Shown: positions 24,571 through 32,015 of the stretch, one piece after another | Position numbering within the stretch: the stretch's first letter is position 1 | Layout of the letters: every line of letters begins with the position of its first letter | From: Candidatus Nanopelagicales bacterium | Lineage (GTDB): Bacteria; Actinomycetota; Actinomycetes; S36-B12; UBA10799 | DNA: 32,015 bases | Assembly: GCA_025455985.1 (NCBI GenBank) | Contig: JALOLM010000001.1 | Location: 1-32,015 of the forward strand | Direction: 5' to 3' | Translations under genes and position numbers: made by a program | The notes under the pieces: model-generated | The model's input: only the letters and a program-made list of their open reading frames with translations | What the model was told of the DNA's origin: nothing | The model's database searches: none

Positions 24571-27312
24571 ATGCTGTCTGCTCTGGGATTCCATGATCTC
24601 GACGATCTGATTTCTGCGGTGGTTCCAGCTGACCTGCGTACCGCAGCCCCCCTGGACCTGCCCGCGCCGCAGACCGAACCTGAGGCGCTCGCCGCCTTGC
24701 GGTCGTTGGCCGATCACAATCGCCCTCGTCGATCGATGATCGGGCTGGGCTATCACAACACCATCACGCCTTCTGTGATCACGCGTAACGTGCTGCAGAA
24801 CCCCGCCTGGTACACCGCGTACACCCCCTATCAGCCGGAGATCTCGCAGGGCCGTTTGGAAGGCCTGCTCACGTTCCAGACGCTGGTCTCGGACCTCACC
24901 GGACTGCCGGTGGCCAATGCCTCGTTGCTCGATGAACCAACCGCTGCCGCCGAAGCCATGGCCTTGGCACACCGGGCTGGGAAGGGTGACGTGTTCGTCG
25001 TGGACCGTGACATCCATCCCACGACCCGTGCCGTTCTGGCCACTCGCGCCGAACCGGTGGGCATCCGGCTGGAGGTCCTTGATGCCTTCACCGACGAACT
25101 GCCAGAGGGGTGCTTCGGTGTTCTGGCCGGGTACCCGACCGGCACCGGCGCGATCCGGGACCTCACGGCGGTGGGGGAGCGCGCCCATGCCTGTGGAGCC
25201 CAGTTGGTGGTGACCGCCGACATCCTCGCGCTGGTGCTTCTGCGGCCACCGGCAGCGATGGGTGCGGACATCGTCGTGGGCTCGGCGCAGCGTTTTGGAG
25301 TTCCCATGGGCTTCGGGGGTCCGCACGCCGCCTTCCTCGCGGTGCGCACCGGGCTGGAACGGCAGATCCCCGGACGGATGGTCGGGGTCAGCGTGGATGC
25401 TGTGGGCGCACCGGCGCTGAGGCTGGCGCTGCAGACCCGCGAACAGCACATCCGTCGGGATCGGGCCACCTCCAACATCTGCACGTCGCAGGTGCTGCTG
25501 GCGCTGGTGGCCGCGTTCTACGCGCAGTACCACGGAGCCGAGGGCCTGCGGAGCATCGCGCAGACGGTGCACGCCAAGGCGGCGTCTCTGGCGGCAGGAC
25601 TGCGCGCCGGTGGGCACACGCTGATGCATGACCAGTTCTTCGACACTGTGGTGGTCTTGCATCCTGATGCGGAGGCCGTGGTCGCAGCCGCTGCGCAGCG
25701 TGGGATCGACCTTCGGACCCTCGACGGGGCAGTTGGGATCACCTGCGACGAGGTGACCAGCGAGGAAGACATCGAGATCGTCGCGGACTGCTTCGGTTGT
25801 GAGCCGCTCGCCGGTGGCTCACAGCTCGCCGAGCACCTCCTGCGAACCGAGCCGCTGCTTGCCTACCCGCCGTTCAGCGGCTACCACAACGAAACCGCGA
25901 TGATGCGCTACCTGAGGCGTCTGTCGGACATGGACCTCGCGCTGGACCGGACGATGATCCCGTTGGGCTCGTGCACGATGAAGCTGAACGCCGCCACGGA
26001 GATGGAGGCCATGACCTGGCCGGAGTTCGCGCACCTTCACCCTTTCGCGCCTCTGGATGAGTCGCAGGGCACCCGCGCTCTCATCGCCGACGTGGAGAAT
26101 TGGCTGGCACACGCCACCGGATACGACCGGGTCAGTCTGCAACCCAACGCGGGATCCCAAGGAGAGTTCGCCGGCTTGTTGGCCATCAGGGGGTATCACC
26201 GGTCCCGCGGTGAGCAGGACCGGGTGGTGTGTCTCGTGCCCAGCAGCGCGCATGGAACCAATGCCGCAAGTGCGGTCATGGCCGGACTCAAAGTCGTCGT
26301 AGTGCGCTGCACCGATGACGGTGATGTGGACATCGACGATGTGCGCGCCAAGATCGCCGAGCATGGCGATCGTCTGGCCGCGATCATGCTCACGTACCCG
26401 TCCACCCACGGCGTCTTCGAGACCGGGTTGCGTGAGATCTGCGATCTGGTGCATGCCGCAGGTGGTCAGGTGTACGTCGACGGCGCGAACATGAACGCCC
26501 TGCTGGGCCTGGTCCGCTTGCCCGAGGCGGGAGCCGACGTCTCACACCTCAACCTGCACAAGACGTTCTGCATCCCACACGGCGGTGGTGGTCCCGGGGT
26601 GGGCCCGGTGGCGGTAAAGGAGCACCTTGCCGACTTCCTCCCCGGTCACCCGTTGGTGCCCGAAGCCGGACCCGCCGGTAGTCCACCGGTGTCCGGGGCT
26701 CCGTGGGGGAGTGCGGGTGTGCTGATGATCCCGTGGATGTACCTGCGATTGATGGGAGCCGAAGGCCTCACCCAGGCCACGAAAGTCGCGATCCTGTCTG
26801 CCAACTACATCGCGCGTCGACTCAGCCCGCACTTCCCGTTGCTCTACTCCGGTGAGGGCGGCTTGGTCGCCCATGAGTGCCTGCTCGACTTGCGCGAGAT
26901 CACCCGGAGCACTGGTGTCACGGTCGACGACGTCGCCAAACGCCTCATCGACTTCGGATTCCACGCCCCCACGATGTCCTTCCCGGTGGCAGGGACGCTG
27001 ATGGTCGAACCCACCGAGAGCGAGGACTTGCGCGAGGTGGACCGCTTCTGCGATGCGATGATCGCGATCGGTGAGGAGATCCAGCAGATTGCCGCCGGGG
27101 ACATCGAGGTCGCTGACAGCGCACTGCGGAATGCACCGCACACCGCCATGAGTCTTGTGGGGGACTGGGACCGTGCCTACACCCGGGCGCAGGCGGTCTA
27201 CCCGACGGGACCCACGACGGCCAAGTACTGGCCGGCCACCGGCCGGATCGACAACGCGTACGGCGATCGAAACCTGAACTGCACCTGCGCGCCTGTGAGT
27301 GACTACGCCTGA
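24571..27312 (+). CDS. gcvP: Glycine dehydrogenase (aminomethyl-transferring), single-chain P protein
   Basis: 913-aa ORF from the first ATG, with GcvP-typical segments ([30 protein letters not shown] with the PLP lysine). The conserved N-terminal FTDRHIGPD is encoded in frame upstream (24526-24552), so the real start is probably upstream of 24571. See the finding at 24484-24573. Confidence 0.9.
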   Translation: MLSALGFHDLDDLISAVVPADLRTAAPLDLPAPQTEPEALAALRSLADHNRPRRSMIGLGYHNTITPSVITRNVLQNPAWYTAYTPYQPEISQGRLEGLLTFQTLVSDLTGLPVANASLLDEPTAAAEAMALAHRAGKGDVFVVDRDIHPTTRAVLATRAEPVGIRLEVLDAFTDELPEGCFGVLAGYPTGTGAIRDLTAVGERAHACGAQLVVTADILALVLLRPPAAMGADIVVGSAQRFGVPMGFGGPHAAFLAVRTGLERQIPGRMVGVSVDAVGAPALRLALQTREQHIRRDRATSNICTSQVLLALVAAFYAQYHGAEGLRSIAQTVHAKAASLAAGLRAGGHTLMHDQFFDTVVVLHPDAEAVVAAAAQRGIDLRTLDGAVGITCDEVTSEEDIEIVADCFGCEPLAGGSQLAEHLLRTEPLLAYPPFSGYHNETAMMRYLRRLSDMDLALDRTMIPLGSCTMKLNAATEMEAMTWPEFAHLHPFAPLDESQGTRALIADVENWLAHATGYDRVSLQPNAGSQGEFAGLLAIRGYHRSRGEQDRVVCLVPSSAHGTNAASAVMAGLKVVVVRCTDDGDVDIDDVRAKIAEHGDRLAAIMLTYPSTHGVFETGLREICDLVHAAGGQVYVDGANMNALLGLVRLPEAGADVSHLNLHKTFCIPHGGGGPGVGPVAVKEHLADFLPGHPLVPEAGPAGSPPVSGAPWGSAGVLMIPWMYLRLMGAEGLTQATKVAILSANYIARRLSPHFPLLYSGEGGLVAHECLLDLREITRSTGVTVDDVAKRLIDFGFHAPTMSFPVAGTLMVEPTESEDLREVDRFCDAMIAIGEEIQQIAAGDIEVADSALRNAPHTAMSLVGDWDRAYTRAQAVYPTGPTTAKYWPATGRIDNAYGDRNLNCTCAPVSDYA

Positions 27313-27331
27313 CGCGTAGGCCCGCCGATCC

Positions 27332-28888
27332 ATGTTCAGCGCCGAGGTCTTGGACATCGGCAGTTCCCTGATCTTCGCGGTGGTTCTCGCGGGAATCTGC
27401 CGTAATAGGGGCTGGTCATCGGCCATCCCCTTGCTGATAGCCGGCATCGCGTTCGGCCTTGCCCCATTCGGGCCGCAGGGGGTGTCCGACCCGGAGCTGT
27501 TCCTCGTGCTCATCCTGGCGCCGCTGGTGTTCGGAGAAGGTCTGACCAGTTCCATCGTGGATCTGCGACGGGTCAGCAAACCGGTGATGGCACTTGCCGT
27601 GGGCCTCGTAGTGTTCGGCGCGGTGCTGGTCGGTGTCGTCACGACCTGGCTGATCCCTGGTATCTGGACCTCTATGGCGTTCGCGCTTGGGGCGATTCTT
27701 GGGCCCACTGACGCGGTCGCGGTCTCAGCGACGGCGCGCAAAGCTGGACTTCCCCGCCGGCTGGTGAACATCCTTGAGGGCGAAAGTCTGGTCAACGATG
27801 GCACCGCACTCACCTTGTTGCGAGTGGCCTCCGTCGCGGCCGCCGCGGGCAGCGTAACCGCGCTGGAAGGCGCGAAGATCCTTGTCACGTCGGTGCTCGG
27901 CGGTGTACTGGTCGGTGGAGTCGCGGGCTGGATCCTGATGCAGCTGGTCAGGCGGGGGCGCGACGCCACGGTGACCAACGCGGTGATTCTCGTGGCACCG
28001 CTGCCGATCTACGTACTGGCCGAAGTCGTCGAGGGTTCAGGCATTCTGGCCGTCGTGCTGGCGGCGCTGGTCGTCGCACACGGCAGTTCCAACGAAGTGG
28101 AGTACACCGGCCGGCTGCAGGCCACCGGCCTTTGGCGGACCATAACCTTCGTGCTGCAGTCCGTGGCGTTCTTTCTGGTGGGCCTGGAGATCCCATTGGT
28201 CATCGATCGGCTGCCGGCAGACGAGTTGCGGCAACTGGCGCTGGCCGTGCCTGTCGTGTTCCTCACGCTGGTCGTTGCCAGGTTCGTGTTCGTATACCTG
28301 ATGGCGGTGCTGAGCCGGGGGGATCTGCGCCGACCGGAGTGGCTGATTGCCGCGTGGGCTGGGACCAGGGGACCGATCTCGGCGTTGGCCGCCTTCACCC
28401 TCCCGGTCACCACCACCGCCGGAGCGCCCATCCCGGGCCGCGGTCTGGTCATCAGCACCACTTTCGGGGTCGTCTTGTTGTCCCTGCTGCTGGCCCCGAC
28501 AGTGGCCTGGCTGGCCGGGCGGACGAGCCTGGACAAAGACGATGACTCGGCGACCAGGCGCCGCGTGCGGGTAGCACTGGCCCGGGCGGCCCTGGATCGC
28601 CTCGATGAGATCGAGGACGAGTCCGAGCGGTCGGGCGAACCCCTGGCAGCCAGTGTGGTCTCACGCTTGCGGGAGATGGCTCAGGTTCGCCTGGACCGAT
28701 CGCTGGCCATCGAGCAGGGCGACACCCGTCGCCACGAGCATCTGGTGAGCGCGAAGGTGCTCAGCGTGCAGATGATGCGCGCCGAACAGGAGGAACTGTT
28801 CCGCCTGCGCGACTCCGAGGGTCTGGCCGACGAGATCTTGCGGGAGATGCAGCAGGAGATCGATGCGCGGATCAGGGCCCTGGGCTAG
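27332..28888 (+). CDS. nhaP: Na+/H+ antiporter, CPA1 (NhaP-type) with a C-terminal cytoplasmic domain
   Basis: 518-aa polytopic ORF with GAILGPTDAVAV and EGESLVNDGTAL segments typical of CPA1 exchangers. Confidence 0.8.
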   Translation: MFSAEVLDIGSSLIFAVVLAGICRNRGWSSAIPLLIAGIAFGLAPFGPQGVSDPELFLVLILAPLVFGEGLTSSIVDLRRVSKPVMALAVGLVVFGAVLVGVVTTWLIPGIWTSMAFALGAILGPTDAVAVSATARKAGLPRRLVNILEGESLVNDGTALTLLRVASVAAAAGSVTALEGAKILVTSVLGGVLVGGVAGWILMQLVRRGRDATVTNAVILVAPLPIYVLAEVVEGSGILAVVLAALVVAHGSSNEVEYTGRLQATGLWRTITFVLQSVAFFLVGLEIPLVIDRLPADELRQLALAVPVVFLTLVVARFVFVYLMAVLSRGDLRRPEWLIAAWAGTRGPISALAAFTLPVTTTAGAPIPGRGLVISTTFGVVLLSLLLAPTVAWLAGRTSLDKDDDSATRRRVRVALARAALDRLDEIEDESERSGEPLAASVVSRLREMAQVRLDRSLAIEQGDTRRHEHLVSAKVLSVQMMRAEQEELFRLRDSEGLADEILREMQQEIDARIRALG

Positions 28889-28903
28889 GGCGCGGCCAGA
28901 AGC

Positions 28904-29440
28904 CTAGGTCCGGCCTTCCTCCTCCTGGGCCTGAGCCAACAGATCCAGCTGTTCGCTGGCTTGGTCCATCCAGGTTGCGTGCAAGACCGGAATCCCTCGC
29001 GCCTGCAGGTGCTCCACGACGCGCAGGTCGTCGTCGACCACCGCCACGAGCGTGGCCCGCTGGGCAATCTGCGCGATCACGTCGGCCTTGTAGTAGCGGG
29101 CGGGTCGGCGGTCGCGGTTCGGGCGCATGTGCAGATCGGCGTCGGGAAAGCCGTTCTCGAGCAGCCAGGTGCGCGTGTCGCGCCGGCAGCGGTTCGGGCG
29201 GCCTGTGACGTAGACGATCGACGACCCTGCGGCCAGGGCCTCGGCGACGGCCTGCCGTCCGGGTTCGAGGACCGGATCGGAGACGGCCGCGGCGAAGAAG
29301 TTATGCCAGTCCTTCGGTCGCTGGGACAGAAAGTGCAATCGATGGCGCACGTCGGCCAGGACCCCATCGATATCGAATACAGTCACCGTCACCCCCCGAC
29401 GGTAACGGCTCAATCGCGCGGGTGGGATGCTCGTGGCCAT
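28904..29440 (-). CDS. HAD-superfamily phosphatase (DxDGV motif I; polynucleotide 3'-phosphatase/nucleotidase-like)
   Basis: Motif I FDIDGVL, motif II VTGR, and a late VVDDD. The start is ambiguous among ATG 29506 (ORF track), ATG 29440, and GTG 29392 or 29386. The GTGs would place DxDG about 5 residues from the N-terminus, as is usual. Confidence 0.65.
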   Translation of the reverse strand: MATSIPPARLSRYRRGVTVTVFDIDGVLADVRHRLHFLSQRPKDWHNFFAAAVSDPVLEPGRQAVAEALAAGSSIVYVTGRPNRCRRDTRTWLLENGFPDADLHMRPNRDRRPARYYKADVIAQIAQRATLVAVVDDDLRVVEHLQARGIPVLHATWMDQASEQLDLLAQAQEEEGRT

Positions 29441-29885
29441 GGATTTCGAGGCCGTCAAGGCGAGCATGCCGTCGCTGGTTCCGATGGTGGGGACCCTGTC
29501 GATCAAGTTCCTGGAACTGGATGAGAGGACCGCGGTTCTGCAACTGCCTGATCAGGCGGCCTTCCACAACCACATCGGAGGCCCGCACGCCGGTGCGATG
29601 TTCACCCTGGGGGAGTCCGCATCCGGTGCGCTGGTTCTGGGTAACTTCGCCGAGCACCTCGCCCGGGTCACCCCCCTGGCGGTCGAGGCGGCCATCCAGT
29701 ACAAGAAGATCGCGATGGGTCCGGTGACCGCCACCGCGGTGATGAGCAGAACAGCCGCAGAGGTTCTCGCCGAACTCGACAGCGGCGATCGCCCACAGTT
29801 CCAGGTCGACATCACCATCGCGGATCAGGACGGCACAGTGACCGGCGAGATGTTCGTGGTCTGGACCCTCAAGCCCAATCGGTGA
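29427..29885 (+). CDS. Hotdog-fold thioesterase (PaaI/DUF4442-like)
   Basis: 152 aa. The core HNHIGGPHAGAMFTLGESASG resembles the PaaI/YiiD_C thioesterase pattern. An alternative start is ATG 29439. Confidence 0.6.
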   Translation: MLVAMDFEAVKASMPSLVPMVGTLSIKFLELDERTAVLQLPDQAAFHNHIGGPHAGAMFTLGESASGALVLGNFAEHLARVTPLAVEAAIQYKKIAMGPVTATAVMSRTAAEVLAELDSGDRPQFQVDITIADQDGTVTGEMFVVWTLKPNR

Positions 29886-29927
29886 GCGGGCTCTGACTCA
29901 CTAGACTGGGGCAGAATCCGAGGAAGG

Positions 29928-31889
29928 GTGTCTCCAGTGTCGCTTGACATTTCCGTGGCCGGTGAGCCGCGGTCGGTCCCGGAGGGAACCGGCGCCGGCG
30001 ATCTGTTCGAGGGTGACCGGCAGGTGGTCGTCGCCCGGGTCAACGGACAGTTGAAAGACCTCGACTACACACTGCAAGCCGGCGATGAGGTGGAACCGGT
30101 CTCGGTGGAGGATCCTGAAGGACTGGCGGTGCTACGCCACTCCACTGCTCACGTGATGGCGCAGGCAGTCCAAGACCTGTTCCCGGACGCCCGGCTGGGG
30201 ATCGGCCCCCCGGTCAAGGACGGCTTCTACTACGACTTCAGCGTTCCGGTCGCGTTCCACCCCGACGACCTGGTCCGGATCGAGAAGCGGATGGTCGAGA
30301 TCCTCAAGAGCGGCCAGAGTTTCCACCGGCGGGTGGTCACCGACGCCGAGGCGCACAGGGAACTCGCCGCGGAGCCGTTCAAGATCGAGCTGATCGGCAA
30401 GAAGGGCGGAAACAGCGACGAGATCATGGAGACCGGCGGTTCCGAACTGACCGTCTACGACAACGTCACCCGTAAAGGTGAGGTCTGCTGGTCTGATCTG
30501 TGCCGGGGACCGCACGTGCCCAACACCCGCTACATCCCGCCGAATGCCATCAAGCTCATGCGCACCGCGGCGGTCTACTGGCTGTCCGACGAGCGCAATC
30601 CGCAGTTGCAGCGCATCTACGGGACCGCCTGGCCGTCCAAGGAGGGGCTCAAGGGCTATTTGACGTTCCTGGAGGAGGCTGCCCGCCGCGATCACCGCAA
30701 ACTCGGCACCGAGCTTGACCTGTTCTCCTTCCCCGAGGAGATCGGTTCGGGGCTGGCTGTGTTCCACCCCAAGGGCGGCATCGTCCGCACGGTGATGGAG
30801 GACTACTCCCGTAAGCGGCACATCGACGCCGGCTACCAGTTCGTCAACACCCCGCATGTGACCAAGGCTGCTTTGTTCGAGAAGTCCGGGCACCTCGATT
30901 GGTACGCCGAGGGCATGTACCCGCCGATGGACATGGACAACGCGCAGTACTACCTCAAGCCCATGAACTGCCCCATGCACAACTTGATCTTCAGTGCCCG
31001 GGGGCGCTCATACCGGGAGTTGCCGCTGCGGCTGTTCGAATTCGGCACTGTCTACCGCTATGAGAAGTCCGGCGTCGTGCAAGGACTGACCCGGGCGCGC
31101 GGCTTCACCCAGGACGACGCCCACATCTATTGCACCCGCGAGCAGATGGCTGACGAACTCGACAGCCTGCTCACGTTCGTGCTCGATCTGCTCAAGGACT
31201 ACGGGCTCACCGACTTCTACCTGGAGCTGTCCACTCGGGATCCGGAGAAGAGCATCGGCACCGAGCAGGAATGGGAGCAGGCCACCCAGACGCTGTTCGA
31301 GGCGGCCAGCCGGCAGAACCTCGAACTGGTGATGGACGAGGGCGGGGCGGCCTTCTACGGGCCGAAGATCTCCGTGCAGGCCAAGGATGCCATCGGACGC
31401 ACCTGGCAGATGTCGACGATCCAGGTCGACTTCCAGCTGCCGCAGCGCTTCGATCTGGAGTACCAGGGTCCGGACGGCACCCGCGAGCGACCGATCATGA
31501 TCCACCGGGCGCTGTTCGGTTCGATCGAACGGTTCTTCGCGGTCTTGCTGGAGCACTACGCGGGTGCATTTCCTCCCTGGCTGGCCCCGGTCACGGTGCT
31601 CGGAATCCCGGTCGCCGACCAGCATGTGGCCTACCTGGAGGACGCAGTGGCGCGACTGCGGGCGGCAGGCGTACGCGCCGAGGTCGACACCAGCGCGGAT
31701 CGTATGCCCAAGAAGATCCGCAACGCGCAGAAGCAGAAGGTGCCGTTCATGTGGATCGCCGGCGACGACGACATCGCGGCGGGGGCAGTGAGTTTCCGGT
31801 ACCGGGATGGAACGCAACGTAACGGGATTCCCCTGGACGAAGCGGTGGCAGAAGTGGTCGCGGCAGTCGAGCAGAGGCAGCAGGTCTGA
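29928..31889 (+). CDS. thrS: Threonine--tRNA ligase
   Basis: N-terminal TGS-like domain, editing-domain motif [11 protein letters not shown], class II core ([29 protein letters not shown]) and an anticodon-binding tail. GTG 29937 is better spaced from the GAGGAAGG Shine-Dalgarno (29920-29927) than GTG 29928. Confidence 0.92.
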   Translation: MSPVSLDISVAGEPRSVPEGTGAGDLFEGDRQVVVARVNGQLKDLDYTLQAGDEVEPVSVEDPEGLAVLRHSTAHVMAQAVQDLFPDARLGIGPPVKDGFYYDFSVPVAFHPDDLVRIEKRMVEILKSGQSFHRRVVTDAEAHRELAAEPFKIELIGKKGGNSDEIMETGGSELTVYDNVTRKGEVCWSDLCRGPHVPNTRYIPPNAIKLMRTAAVYWLSDERNPQLQRIYGTAWPSKEGLKGYLTFLEEAARRDHRKLGTELDLFSFPEEIGSGLAVFHPKGGIVRTVMEDYSRKRHIDAGYQFVNTPHVTKAALFEKSGHLDWYAEGMYPPMDMDNAQYYLKPMNCPMHNLIFSARGRSYRELPLRLFEFGTVYRYEKSGVVQGLTRARGFTQDDAHIYCTREQMADELDSLLTFVLDLLKDYGLTDFYLELSTRDPEKSIGTEQEWEQATQTLFEAASRQNLELVMDEGGAAFYGPKISVQAKDAIGRTWQMSTIQVDFQLPQRFDLEYQGPDGTRERPIMIHRALFGSIERFFAVLLEHYAGAFPPWLAPVTVLGIPVADQHVAYLEDAVARLRAAGVRAEVDTSADRMPKKIRNAQKQKVPFMWIAGDDDIAAGAVSFRYRDGTQRNGIPLDEAVAEVVAAVEQRQQV

Positions 31890-32015
31890 TGGCCGGGGCC
31901 TCGGCCTGGGATCGCCTGTGGACCCCGCATCGGATCGCCTACATCAAGGGCGAGAACCGTCCGGATCACACCGAGGCCGGCGATGACTGTCCGTTCTGCC
32001 GGGTGCCAGGCCTCG
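31889..32015 (+). CDS. HIT-family protein (Rv2613c-like), 5' fragment truncated by the window end
   Basis: My own translation is [45 protein letters not shown] shares one base with the thrS stop (TGATG). The DRLWTPHR...CPFC N-terminus and the position after thrS match the mycobacterial arrangement. Confidence 0.6.
   Translation, partial: MAGASAWDRLWTPHRIAYIKGENRPDHTEAGDDCPFCRVPGL

Noticed and set aside
24373-25662. 429-aa minus-strand ORF. Similar antisense ORFs lie at 24831..25484, 25819..26454 and 26542..27978.
   Set aside because: All are antisense to gcvP and, for the last one, to nhaP. Both genes are strongly supported. The products are Arg/Gly/Pro-rich with no recognisable domains.
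29886-29927. T-box or other leader upstream of thrS.
   Set aside because: Only 42 nt are available, which is far too short for a T-box. Nothing beyond a Shine-Dalgarno (GAGGAAGG) is seen.
30132-31817. Two minus-strand ORFs of 282 and 269 aa (30132..30980 and 31008..31817).
   Set aside because: Both are antisense to thrS, which carries class II aminoacyl-tRNA synthetase motifs. The products have no motifs.
1-32015. Mobile elements, CRISPR arrays, prophage or defence-island signatures, tRNA or rRNA genes.
   Set aside because: I found no transposase, integrase or recombinase-like ORFs, no regularly spaced direct repeats, no tRNA-like T-arm sequences, and no extended compositional break. The only AT-richer patches are short promoter-like spacers.

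Overview
High-GC, gene-dense chromosomal window with no rRNA, tRNA, CRISPR array, transposase or integrase that I can see. It looks like core Actinomycetota DNA, and a Propionibacteriales-like guess is inference only. All family names come from motifs read by eye in the supplied translations; no search was run.

Gene content, left to right:
- 332-4395 (-): a four-gene PotABCD-type polyamine ABC importer.
- 4523-9333: DsbA/FrnE-like thiol oxidoreductase, SGNH hydrolase, GlpF-type aquaglyceroporin, DUF1345 membrane protein, a YkuD-type L,D-transpeptidase-fold protein, and a YihY/BrkB membrane protein.
- 9407-12309 (+): a small 3-TM protein, a lipoprotein with the full copper-ligand signature of peptidylglycine alpha-hydroxylating / dopamine beta-monooxygenase (PHM/DBH), and an amidase-signature enzyme.
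- 12373-17366: WS/DGAT acyltransferase, DUF4032 kinase-like protein, TerC, and AzlD/AzlC.
- 17407-19212 (+): a secreted HExxH protein followed by a two-TM partner.
- 19223-27312 (+): the conserved actinobacterial block equivalent to M. tuberculosis Rv1822-Rv1832. It runs CDP-alcohol phosphatidyltransferase/cardiolipin synthase, DUF881, Sbp, DUF881, GcvH, GarA/OdhI-like FHA protein, FtsR-like MerR, bifunctional nuclease, a second MerR, and GcvP.
- 27332-32015: NhaP-type Na+/H+ antiporter, HAD phosphatase, hotdog thioesterase, ThrS, and the 5' end of a HIT-family gene (Rv2614c/Rv2613c-like).

Most notable observations:
- The bacterial PHM/DBH-like copper monooxygenase lipoprotein and its neighbours.
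- An unclassified metzincin-like protein with an FN3-like tail and a membrane partner.
- The conserved GcvP N-terminus (FTDRHIGPD) lies upstream of the first canonical start codon, and that stretch has no ATG, GTG, TTG or CTG.
- The GarA homologue carries an N-terminal CxxC-x10-CxxC zinc ribbon.
- Several perfect intergenic hairpins or palindromes.

I did not find convincing evidence for a defence island or a mobile element. The many long antisense ORFs are judged to be high-GC artefacts.
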